Source: Sulfurimonas sp.
GTDB lineage: Bacteria; Campylobacterota; Campylobacteria; Campylobacterales; Sulfurimonadaceae
DNA length: 64,000 bases
NCBI GenBank assembly: GCA_013791885.1
Contig: VMSZ01000010.1
Location: 5,869-69,868 of the forward strand
Reading direction: 5' to 3'
Shown piece after piece: positions 9,648-18,220 of the stretch. The translations under genes and the position numbers were made by a program. Every line of letters begins with the position of its first letter. Within the stretch, counting starts at the first letter, position 1. Below the pieces are notes generated by a model. It saw only the letters and a list, made by a program, of their open reading frames with translations. It was not told the DNA's origin and searched no databases.

Positions 9648-10109
9648 TTATAATTTTTGGATAGTTCTTCTAAAATATCTAATTGGCTCTGTTCCAGCAT
9701 TTGCAGTGATAGGAACTGTGACTGTAACATCCATCAAAACAGAGCCATTTTGCTCGGGAGTTGATACAGGGGTGTATAAAGTTCCTCCATTTGTTGCACA
9801 AGGCACATTTGAGTCATAAATATATTGCATGGAAATATCTACAGTATAGATAATATCTTGAGTAAAGCTTTGATTTAGATTGGTACATGGCGGATTTTGT
9901 GCAATAAGCAGTAAAGCATACTCTGTAGCACTTTTAGAAAGCAGCACACTTTGTTCATAAAGGTAAAGATCCGTTGTGCTTTTTGTAGTCTGTGCCGTCA
10001 TTGCAAGAGACAAAGCCATAATCGTAGCCATAATAACAATGACAGCAATAGCCATAATCATAGCCATACCACGACGAAAAGATTTTAAAATATTGTTTTT
10101 TCTTTGCAT
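9648..10109 (-). CDS. PilX/GspK/MshP-like minor pseudopilin-type protein
   Basis: 153 aa. Basic N-terminus then hydrophobic helix RRGMAMIMAIAVIVIMATIMALSLAM, with no FTLIE motif. Last gene of the pilin-like operon. Overlaps the upstream gene by 25 nt. Confidence 0.5.
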   Translation of the reverse strand: MQRKNNILKSFRRGMAMIMAIAVIVIMATIMALSLAMTAQTTKSTTDLYLYEQSVLLSKSATEYALLLIAQNPPCTNLNQSFTQDIIYTVDISMQYIYDSNVPCATNGGTLYTPVSTPEQNGSVLMDVTVTVPITANAGTEPIRYFRRTIQKL

Positions 10110-11002
10110 AATGAGTACGTCTCCTCTATCATAAGGTCACTTTTGGTACACAGTTGTATTTTCACAATAGAACCTATCGCCATTGCTTGGAAAGTGCTGA
10201 CATTTTCCATAATTGTAAATTTTTTTATATTTTGTCCGGCAGTGTAAAACATTTCCCCATTCCATGGCTGGTAATCATAGTAAAATACCAGGTCTCCCAT
10301 TTTTGTCCCTGCGTTATAGTTCTCCATAACAACTGCGTTTGCCGTCCAAGTGAGTTGGTAGTATTCGTAAACATTCACTCCCGTAAAGCTATTTGTTGCG
10401 TTTGTAGCACCATTTCTAGGAACAAATTCATTGGCATTAGTTCCTTGTTTTATAGGATGCATTACTGAACCGTTTTGGTCTGCTAAAGCTGTTCCATTCC
10501 ATCCATACCCATCTATATCCTGATTTGAACCGATAAAATAGAGAGCGGCATCGTTGACTCCACTATTCCCATGAGATAAAGCGAAAATTGTGGAATTAAT
10601 ATCAGTTGTGTTAGTTGCCGGTGAGACAAGCAAGTTTGCGTTTCCGGCATCTAAATCAATAATGCCGCTCCAGTTTGGAGTGGTTGTAGCTCTAAAATTG
10701 TCTATATCACTTGATACCCATTCAAGCACGACAAAAGTTTCTCCGCTTGCATCTGCCAAGGGTGTAAATGTAGTTGTTTCACCTGTTCTAGCAATAATAG
10801 AATCTTTTATACGGTATTGCAAACGCGAAGCGATAAATTCGACTGCGTTTGCACTGTTTGCTTGAAGGGTATTGTTTATCGTTGAAGAGATAAAATTTCT
10901 ATACGCCTGTGCTAAAAACTCCACACCAAATTTACCTATTATCCCCATAATAACAATAACAAATATGAGTTCAAGCATAGTAAACGCAGGACGAAGTCTC
11001 AT
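10085..11002 (-). CDS. Prepilin-type N-terminal cleavage/methylation domain protein (minor pilin/pseudopilin)
   Basis: 305 aa. MRLRPA|FTMLELIFVIVIMGII leader with conserved Glu5. TAATG overlap with the upstream gene. Confidence 0.75.
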   Translation of the reverse strand: MRLRPAFTMLELIFVIVIMGIIGKFGVEFLAQAYRNFISSTINNTLQANSANAVEFIASRLQYRIKDSIIARTGETTTFTPLADASGETFVVLEWVSSDIDNFRATTTPNWSGIIDLDAGNANLLVSPATNTTDINSTIFALSHGNSGVNDAALYFIGSNQDIDGYGWNGTALADQNGSVMHPIKQGTNANEFVPRNGATNATNSFTGVNVYEYYQLTWTANAVVMENYNAGTKMGDLVFYYDYQPWNGEMFYTAGQNIKKFTIMENVSTFQAMAIGSIVKIQLCTKSDLMIEETYSLCKEKTIF

Positions 11003-11625
11003 TAGTAGCTCCTTTTGTAGTAGTCAACTTCACCGATGTTCGCGCTGTATGTAACCAAAGAGGTAACAAGAGTAGCTACTCCTCCGATTGACTCAAAGAC
11101 TGATACGGTGATTTTTTTCATATTGGTATTTGCACCATTAAAATTTACATTTGCATCAACCGCTACTGAAACTGTATAGACTTTTTTATATCCGGCTGCG
11201 TCGGTGTTTGTGTCATCAAATATGTTTCCCACTTTTTCCATATCGTCAAGAGAAGTGACGGCTGCGTTTGTGCTTGCATTGGAAGCTGCAGTTGTATTAC
11301 TGTCTAAACAGCGTCTATGGTATGGCTGGACAATATGCCCGGGTTTGAGTCTGTATCTTGGAGAAGAAGGATTACTCGTACAATTTCCGTCATCAATGAC
11401 ACGCTCTAAAGAGTTGGGAAATCCAGGCTCTATGGAAGCTTCATCCCAATTTGCCGTGACGGCTTGATTGAGTTCTGCAGAAGCTGCAAAAATCGCCTCT
11501 TGAACCATGTTTGCTTCAATACCTTTTGATGTTGCTTGTGTCATCATAGGCAAAGAAATAACAGCAATGGCTATCACTACGATTGCAAAAATCAGTTCTA
11601 TGAGAGTGAAGGCTGATCTTACCAC
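11002..11625 (-). CDS. Prepilin-type N-terminal cleavage/methylation domain protein (minor pilin/pseudopilin)
   Basis: 207 aa. MVRSA|FTLIELIFAIVVIAIAV leader. GTG start in a GTGGTAA overlap with the stop of the giant gene. AGGAGA SD 9 nt upstream. Confidence 0.75.
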   Translation of the reverse strand: MVRSAFTLIELIFAIVVIAIAVISLPMMTQATSKGIEANMVQEAIFAASAELNQAVTANWDEASIEPGFPNSLERVIDDGNCTSNPSSPRYRLKPGHIVQPYHRRCLDSNTTAASNASTNAAVTSLDDMEKVGNIFDDTNTDAAGYKKVYTVSVAVDANVNFNGANTNMKKITVSVFESIGGVATLVTSLVTYSANIGEVDYYKRSY

Positions 11626-14600
11626 GTGGTTCTCCTGTTGGTTCTGTTAGAAGCATCAGGATTGGTTGTCGTATTTGTTTCATGCTTTCCTGCCCAGCCA
11701 CCGCCAGTTCCTAAAAACTCAACTTCAAATTCATTGTTTGTGTCATTGATGTTATATCTGTTATATATAAGCCAGCTTGAAGCGTTGTTTTCCATAGTTG
11801 TTTTGTATGGGTAGCCTTTAGTAGCTGCTGCATTGTAGGTTAAGGTACTTAGATACGGATTAGCGTTTGTAGATGCGGTCTCTGATACAGTACCTAAACT
11901 GTTCTTTTGTGAAATAGTTCCAACGACTCCAGAGGAAGAAGGCATATGAGAAGTATTGACAAACCATCTCGGGTCATCATTACTTACAGATGGAGTGCCA
12001 TCTGGTAAAAGATTTTTATCACATCCTGTACCATTACAAAAAACTTCATAATATATTGGAACTACTCCAGTATTGCCTATAAAAACTTGTCTTGGTGCGT
12101 TTGTACGACCATAGTAGTGTCTTATGGTTGCGTTTGTGCTTAAGTTTGCATCTGCTTCATGAGAGAAGGACACATTAGCCATAGAACTACAGTCTGAAGC
12201 TATTTGACATTTTACTTGAAGGTTTTCAAGTCCGATTTCTATGGGATTTACAGCAAGCGACTGGTTTCTATCAAAGTTAATCGAAAGATTCATATCCAAT
12301 GAGCCATTTTGTTCTTTAATAAAGCTCGTTTGTGCAAGAGTAAGTAAATTAAATGATGCATTTGTTGCTGGAGCAGGAATAATAGCATTGTTATCATTCC
12401 AAATCGCTGCACTTGTATTTATTTCTTGTAGTCTATAACGCCAGTTTGGGAGACCTGCTATGGTTGGAAAGGTGAGATTTACATCAAGATGTAAAGGTTC
12501 TGCATAACAATTATTTACAAAATTATTGACCGTTGCTCCATCAGCACCTTTCGCAGATATTTGACCGGAATATCTTATACTCATATTCTCATCGGTAGTA
12601 ATATTATTCATATAAATCCAATCAGTCTGATTGATAAGAGTTGTATTGAAATCTGTTCCTTTTGTAAAAGCAAGAGAAAAATCAAAATGGTGTGGTCTAA
12701 AAGTGAGGTTGTAATCAGAATATGATATACCAGTATAAAGATTGCTGTGAGTGGATGAAATTTCACATCCGACTAAGTTGTTATTGTAGGAATTTACATT
12801 GCTGTAAAGAGGTACACCACTTCCGCTGATGCAATCATAACCTGAAATCCAGTTGTTTCCTATGACATGATGCACAGGTGATTTATCTATGAAGGTCCAG
12901 GCAGAATCTATCATTTTTAATTCGTATCTGCCAATATTAGGATTGCTACGATTTTGGTCTTCTGTACTTCCATTGCTAAGATAGAAGTCTAAGTTTGTGT
13001 TATTTGTATCATTGCATCCAGAACTTATGTGACCGTTTGGTTCCCAATAAAATGTGGCATTACGATCTAAACCGGAAGAGGCATTATAAATAGCTGTATA
13101 CCCAGGTGTTGGATTTGAACTAATGTGATTAGTAGCATCAATATCGAATTCATAGTTGTATCCTGCAGCTAAGTTTGCTTCATGGGGAATAACATTGCTA
13201 AATCCTCCAACTGTATCTTTTATTTGAATGTTAAAAGCTTCCGGTCTAATTGAAAAGTTGTCTCGAGAACATAAGCTGACAGATTTGAGTCCGTAAATAC
13301 ACTTCATGCATGTGGATAAATCAGAAGCAGTCATACCTGACCCATTACCCCCGCCATTGTTTCCACACCACTGTGGTACTGTATCTGTACCGTTAGCTAT
13401 ATCAGCAGCGCAAACTTGACCAGCATATGTTGTAAAATTTTTCAATTTATATCTGCCTGTTGTTACTTCTTCAATTTGCACAGAGCCATTATTGTCATCG
13501 AGGTTATAGCTGATTCGAAAAGCGGTATTTTCTCTTGCCGTAGCATAAAATTCATTTGTTGTTACTGTTAGATTTAAGCCGGTTTCAAGTAGTGATGCAT
13601 CGAAATTTGCAAAAGTTACATTTTCATCTATGGTATTACCAAGCACTACCCATGCTTGTTTTGTTATGGCACTTCTTGGATCAGCACAAGAAGCATTTAT
13701 ATCATAATACCCGGCAACATCTATCATTTCAACAGCAACAACTCCGCTTGATGCCTTTACTGTATCGGGATTTAGCGGGTCAAAAGAGACTATTTTCATT
13801 TCGGTAGGGCGACTTGCTACCTGCGTTGGGAGATTGTATTTAATATTGCTGGCTCCATCTAAAACATTAGGATTTAGAGTAGAATCTACCATGTTGTAAA
13901 TACCGACAGCAGGAATATATGGCGAAGGGCTGGCGGTACATCTTGGAATTGTATTTGCAAAAGGTAAGTTCGTTAGACTATAGGTAGTTCCGTTTAAGGT
14001 ATAATCAAAATCAATATAGAGATTCAGGGGTACATCTATTGAACCGGATGATGAGGGGTTTATATTAAAGTTCGTAAAAATACTTTGAGTATAACCCAAT
14101 ACATTTGGAGATTTTAAAAAATTAAATTTTAAATCTGATTTTGAAAGAGTGGAAATATCAGCAGATGCTACACCATAATAAGCTGTTGCATCTGGATTAG
14201 TGATGGTTAAATCCAGTGCATTCAAGTCTGTAAAGAATTCTAGCTCATTAGTACTGTTGAGGTCATCGATAAAAAGTTTAATATTTTCTGCTTCGGTACC
14301 AGATTCCATATTTCTGAGCATGATGCTTGTCGATATGGGAGAAGTGTTATACAGCACCCCATGTATATGTGGAGTGAGAGAAGTATCATGTTGAAAAAAT
14401 CTTCCAAGCTGTGAAAAAGAGTAGTCATAGCAGAGTTGAGGGATGTACAAATCAGTTGAGAAACCAACAACTCCCAAAATAACCCTATCGCTGGTAATAG
14501 CCATTTTGATAGTTGTCGCTGTTTGCTCATTGCTGAGTTGCGCTTGAAAGTTACGAATGTCTATCGCCATAACAGGTGTTAGATTAGGACTCCTATTTAG

Positions 14601-16628
14601 ATTGTCTGTTCCATCTTTATTAGTAATTGCACCATTCCAGCCAGGTCCATTGTCAACCTCAATATATGTTCCTCCATTTGATTCACTATCTCCCTGTGTT
14701 ATATGTAAAGTTTCCGCTGCTGTAGCGCTTCCTTCTCCATCGCCAATAAACATTGTCAGAGTGGAGTTAACTGTAGCTGGAGCTTTAGGTGTATAAAACC
14801 CGCTAACATCAAACTGCATTGTTCGGTGATATATGCCTAGAGAAGCGGCTTTTTCTGCATCGGTTGAGCCACTCATAGCTGAGCCGTTGAGTGTTGCATA
14901 TGTTATGGCGTCATCATTTTTTCCATCATATAAGGCAATAAAGCCATCGTTGACGCTTACATTTCTAAATGTTCCAGCGGGATCTTCATAGACAATTACC
15001 AAATTCCAAGCGCCCAAAACACCAATGGGAATGAGATAACCAGTGTCGGCGACAATGTTTGAAACAGTGTACTCACCACTTGCATTTCCTCCATTAGCAG
15101 CTTCGACGGCTTTGAGATCATTTGTGACATTGTAAAAGCCTTGATATAAAAAAGCATCTTTATGATTCCAAGAGCGGAGATTTACTGACTTTGTTGTTCC
15201 TCCGCTATATTGACTTACATATGTAGCTTGTGAATCATTTTCCGTATTGCCGACATCTTGTTCAGTAGGGTCAAAGCTTGCATGTGTATAGAGCCATCTG
15301 AAGTCACTTACTGCAGTAGAACTTGTATTGTATAAGCCAGAATTAATGGCAGCAGTTTTTGTTGATGCAGCTCCTGTAGGTGTTTTAAATACTACACTTC
15401 TTGCAGCAGAACGTCTTTGGTCTAGTGCTCCTCCGGCATCTTTTGAAGTATTTGAAGAGTCTTCAATATGTCCTTCCCAAAAGAGTCCTGCCCATTTAAT
15501 TTTTGCACCAGTAGGTATACTTAATGTTGCTTTAGATTGGTTATTATACGAGGAACTAGAATCTAATGCACTTGGGAGATTCGCAGCAATGGATGTCGTG
15601 GTTTCCGCAATAATTGGGATAACATTTCCTGCTTGATTTCCCTGTGTTAAACTTGCCGTTCCTTGCACGTCACATTGGCCATCTCTGTCAAAGTCTGTAC
15701 AATAGTTGCTGTTACCAATAGAGACCAAGTCACCGACTACATTTGTTTGAACTAAAGGAACGCTAAAATCTTTAGGATGTGGATGCTTGAAAGTTGCAGA
15801 GCGGTTTATTGGATCATAAAAAGAGAGTTGAAGCTGGTAGTCCGTAGTGCTTGTGGTATCTGCTCTAAACTGAACATAGTACGTACTATTGGGTGCTAAA
15901 AGCGAGGAGTAAATATTTTGAGAAACGTTCTTCCCGTCTTTTTTTCCTTTTCGCTGCGCTTGTGACAGTGTAGTCTGAGAACCGCATACTCCCTCATTTA
16001 AAAACATTGTAACATTTTCGGCTTGATTGTCTATGTTGAGATAATTGACTTTTACACCAACATAATTTCCACCGTTGGGATTTGCAGGGGCAGTAAATTT
16101 ATACCAGCCATTTTGCGTACCGTTACTTTTTATACTGCCAGTAGCTGTGTAAGGAGAAACAAGTGTATTTGCTCCAGCACATGTTGTCCCGTCAGCTTTT
16201 TGAAAATTGATAGATATTGTATAGTTTATCGTTTTATTTCTGCTTATGTGAATATAAATCCAATCTCCAGAAACTACGGTAAAGGATGGTACAGAATGAG
16301 AAAGTGCTTGGCCTCCACTATAGATAGAGTTATCCCCACAGCTACTTTTCGATACATCAAAATAAAAATTTTGCGCTGTGGTTTGAGAAACAGAAATGTT
16401 GAGTGTTCCTGCAGCACTCATCTGAAATTTGAAGTAATCGTCACTATCGCTGGATGATAAAGTCCCAGATGACGTTGCTGTACCGGATACAGACCAGTTC
16501 GTCAAAGCGCTGATAGTCTCTCCTGGACATACATTGTTACTAGGTTCACTGTCTGCATACACACTACTTTGTATTAACAGTAATAAAAGTAAAAATCTAT
16601 ATACAGTTTTTATAAATATATTATCCAT
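11619..16628 (-). CDS. Giant secreted protein (1669 aa), pilus-associated adhesin-like, possibly MshQ-like
   Basis: Uninterrupted ORF. I place the start at the ATG at 16628 (GAGGAG SD 7 nt upstream), not the track start at 16673. Signal peptide MDNIFIKTVYRFLLLLLLIQSSVYA|DS. Two tandem PPC-like modules, then a long N/T/S-rich beta-type sequence with no TM helix or known sorting tail. Confidence 0.8.
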   Translation of the reverse strand: MDNIFIKTVYRFLLLLLLIQSSVYADSEPSNNVCPGETISALTNWSVSGTATSSGTLSSSDSDDYFKFQMSAAGTLNISVSQTTAQNFYFDVSKSSCGDNSIYSGGQALSHSVPSFTVVSGDWIYIHISRNKTINYTISINFQKADGTTCAGANTLVSPYTATGSIKSNGTQNGWYKFTAPANPNGGNYVGVKVNYLNIDNQAENVTMFLNEGVCGSQTTLSQAQRKGKKDGKNVSQNIYSSLLAPNSTYYVQFRADTTSTTDYQLQLSFYDPINRSATFKHPHPKDFSVPLVQTNVVGDLVSIGNSNYCTDFDRDGQCDVQGTASLTQGNQAGNVIPIIAETTTSIAANLPSALDSSSSYNNQSKATLSIPTGAKIKWAGLFWEGHIEDSSNTSKDAGGALDQRRSAARSVVFKTPTGAASTKTAAINSGLYNTSSTAVSDFRWLYTHASFDPTEQDVGNTENDSQATYVSQYSGGTTKSVNLRSWNHKDAFLYQGFYNVTNDLKAVEAANGGNASGEYTVSNIVADTGYLIPIGVLGAWNLVIVYEDPAGTFRNVSVNDGFIALYDGKNDDAITYATLNGSAMSGSTDAEKAASLGIYHRTMQFDVSGFYTPKAPATVNSTLTMFIGDGEGSATAAETLHITQGDSESNGGTYIEVDNGPGWNGAITNKDGTDNLNRSPNLTPVMAIDIRNFQAQLSNEQTATTIKMAITSDRVILGVVGFSTDLYIPQLCYDYSFSQLGRFFQHDTSLTPHIHGVLYNTSPISTSIMLRNMESGTEAENIKLFIDDLNSTNELEFFTDLNALDLTITNPDATAYYGVASADISTLSKSDLKFNFLKSPNVLGYTQSIFTNFNINPSSSGSIDVPLNLYIDFDYTLNGTTYSLTNLPFANTIPRCTASPSPYIPAVGIYNMVDSTLNPNVLDGASNIKYNLPTQVASRPTEMKIVSFDPLNPDTVKASSGVVAVEMIDVAGYYDINASCADPRSAITKQAWVVLGNTIDENVTFANFDASLLETGLNLTVTTNEFYATARENTAFRISYNLDDNNGSVQIEEVTTGRYKLKNFTTYAGQVCAADIANGTDTVPQWCGNNGGGNGSGMTASDLSTCMKCIYGLKSVSLCSRDNFSIRPEAFNIQIKDTVGGFSNVIPHEANLAAGYNYEFDIDATNHISSNPTPGYTAIYNASSGLDRNATFYWEPNGHISSGCNDTNNTNLDFYLSNGSTEDQNRSNPNIGRYELKMIDSAWTFIDKSPVHHVIGNNWISGYDCISGSGVPLYSNVNSYNNNLVGCEISSTHSNLYTGISYSDYNLTFRPHHFDFSLAFTKGTDFNTTLINQTDWIYMNNITTDENMSIRYSGQISAKGADGATVNNFVNNCYAEPLHLDVNLTFPTIAGLPNWRYRLQEINTSAAIWNDNNAIIPAPATNASFNLLTLAQTSFIKEQNGSLDMNLSINFDRNQSLAVNPIEIGLENLQVKCQIASDCSSMANVSFSHEADANLSTNATIRHYYGRTNAPRQVFIGNTGVVPIYYEVFCNGTGCDKNLLPDGTPSVSNDDPRWFVNTSHMPSSSGVVGTISQKNSLGTVSETASTNANPYLSTLTYNAAATKGYPYKTTMENNASSWLIYNRYNINDTNNEFEVEFLGTGGGWAGKHETNTTTNPDASNRTNRRTTW

Positions 16629-16698
16629 CTTTAACTCCTCACAAAAAATGCCGCACCCAAAAATAGGGCTCAAGAATACTCAAACTTGCGTTTACTTT

Positions 16699-16706
16699 AT
16701 TATACA
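16699..16706 (-). promoter_or_regulatory. Extended -10 promoter (TGTATAAT) of the giant-protein/pilin operon
   Basis: The reverse strand reads TGTATAAT about 70 nt upstream of the 16628 ATG, in a 169-nt intergenic region. Confidence 0.45.
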
Positions 16707-16797
16707 ACTTTTTTTAAGTGTCTATTCTGAAATAATGTAGAATTATAAAAAGTGATTAATGTTTTTAAAAGAATGAAGATAAAAAAGTGCTTAGAAA

Positions 16798-17958
16798 TTA
16801 ATTTTTTTCGAGAGAAAAAGTCTTGAGTAGATTTTCAAGTAATTTAGCTTTGACTTCATTGTTTTCTCTCTGAATTCTCACATCTATTTCATTTTTTACT
16901 ATCTCTAAGGCGTGTAGGCACTCTTCATACAAAGCAAGCACATCACTTTTGGAAAGTTCACAAAACTCAACTCCAAAACGCAGCAGATATTTTTTATCCC
17001 ACCATTTTTTGCTTCCTAAAAGAGTGAGTGCAGGTATGTCATTTTTTATGTACACAGTTGTTGAAACTATGTCATACGCCGGAGCGAGTTTGATGTCTGT
17101 AATATTTTTGTAAATGAGCCCAAAGTTTTTAAGGTGGGCATCGCCGTTTTGTACTAAATTGTTTATGATGATGATTTTAAAAAATGCTTGTAAAGATGCT
17201 CTTTTATGCTCTGGAGATACAAATATTTTTATGCTTTTTGCAATCTGCTCGTAACTTCCTTCGTATTTGTCCTCTCTTTGTTTGGCTTGAAGAACGCACA
17301 TATCTTCAAAGCCTAAAGTTGTGCCATCCTCTTGTATGTCAAACCTTTTCATAATAAACAACTTGTCATCATCTGAGATGTAAAAGTCTGCAACATCTAT
17401 GCCTGCATATTTTGCTATGCTCATGCAATAATATTCATTGAGTGCCAACTGAGGATAATCATCGCCCCATGATTTGACAATATAGTCATCGAGTTTGAGT
17501 GTGGCTTTGTCTTGAACTCTTGCTAAAACTTTGGGTTGGACTCCACTGAGAGGCGAATTTAGTGCAAATCTGGAGACAAGTTCATTAAATAAATTTATTG
17601 ATTTTGGTTGTAAAAGTTCTTCAAGAGTTAAGAATTGTTCTTGAATTTCATCTGTATGAACATATGTTAATCTTCCATGTATGCTCTTTGACATGAGTTG
17701 GAGTAAGCCAAAATCATCTGTTTTTACTATTTTAGAAAAGTGTTTTTTTATGATAGAAAGAAGATAGCCTTCGGGTAAATGCATTTCAAAAATGGGGTGT
17801 AAATGTTTGTTTGCATAACTCTTTGCGCGTACTTGCATGGTGAGAGAAATAAAAGCATTTTTATTTTCACTGGTATAAGAAAAGAGAAATTCATCATTTT
17901 CTTTTGTCAGCTGACCGACTAGTTTTTTTTCTACTTCAACATAAAGTTTATTTTCCAT
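16798..17958 (-). CDS. hipA: HipA-family serine/threonine kinase toxin
   Basis: LSGVQPKVL and NGDAHLKNFG (catalytic loop) motifs. I prefer the ATG at 17958 (AGGAG SD 7 nt upstream) over the TTG at 17973. Overlaps the hipB stop by 11 nt. Confidence 0.8.
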   Translation of the reverse strand: MENKLYVEVEKKLVGQLTKENDEFLFSYTSENKNAFISLTMQVRAKSYANKHLHPIFEMHLPEGYLLSIIKKHFSKIVKTDDFGLLQLMSKSIHGRLTYVHTDEIQEQFLTLEELLQPKSINLFNELVSRFALNSPLSGVQPKVLARVQDKATLKLDDYIVKSWGDDYPQLALNEYYCMSIAKYAGIDVADFYISDDDKLFIMKRFDIQEDGTTLGFEDMCVLQAKQREDKYEGSYEQIAKSIKIFVSPEHKRASLQAFFKIIIINNLVQNGDAHLKNFGLIYKNITDIKLAPAYDIVSTTVYIKNDIPALTLLGSKKWWDKKYLLRFGVEFCELSKSDVLALYEECLHALEIVKNEIDVRIQRENNEVKAKLLENLLKTFSLEKN

Positions 17959-18190
17959 CTCTAAGCTCCTCAAATGATGGAAACATTCCTTTTTCTTTTA
18001 ACTCTATTTCGTACCCCAAGTAGTCAAGGATTTGTAAAACTTTTTTAAATCCAACATCGGCTTCACCATTGTTTTCAAGGGAGCTGATGGTTGCTCTTGA
18101 AATCCCAATGTCAGATGCAAGTTGCGTTTGTGAGATTTTTTTCTTTTTTCGCAGAAAAGATAATGCTTTGCCAAATTCTAAATAATCCAT
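17948..18190 (-). CDS. hipB: XRE-family HTH antitoxin (HipB-like)
   Basis: 80 aa. HTH motif ISQTQLASDIGISRATISSLENN. Sits immediately upstream of and overlapping hipA. Confidence 0.8.
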   Translation of the reverse strand: MDYLEFGKALSFLRKKKKISQTQLASDIGISRATISSLENNGEADVGFKKVLQILDYLGYEIELKEKGMFPSFEELRDGK

Positions 18191-18220
18191 ACAATTCCAA
18201 TAGTGTAAAATATACTAGTC

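Noticed and set aside
16629-16673. 15-codon N-terminal extension of the giant ORF (MSPIFGCGIFCEELK) given in the ORF track
   Set aside because: The internal ATG at 16628 has a GAGGAG Shine-Dalgarno at ideal spacing and immediately yields a canonical signal peptide. The extension has no SD and would bury the signal peptide.
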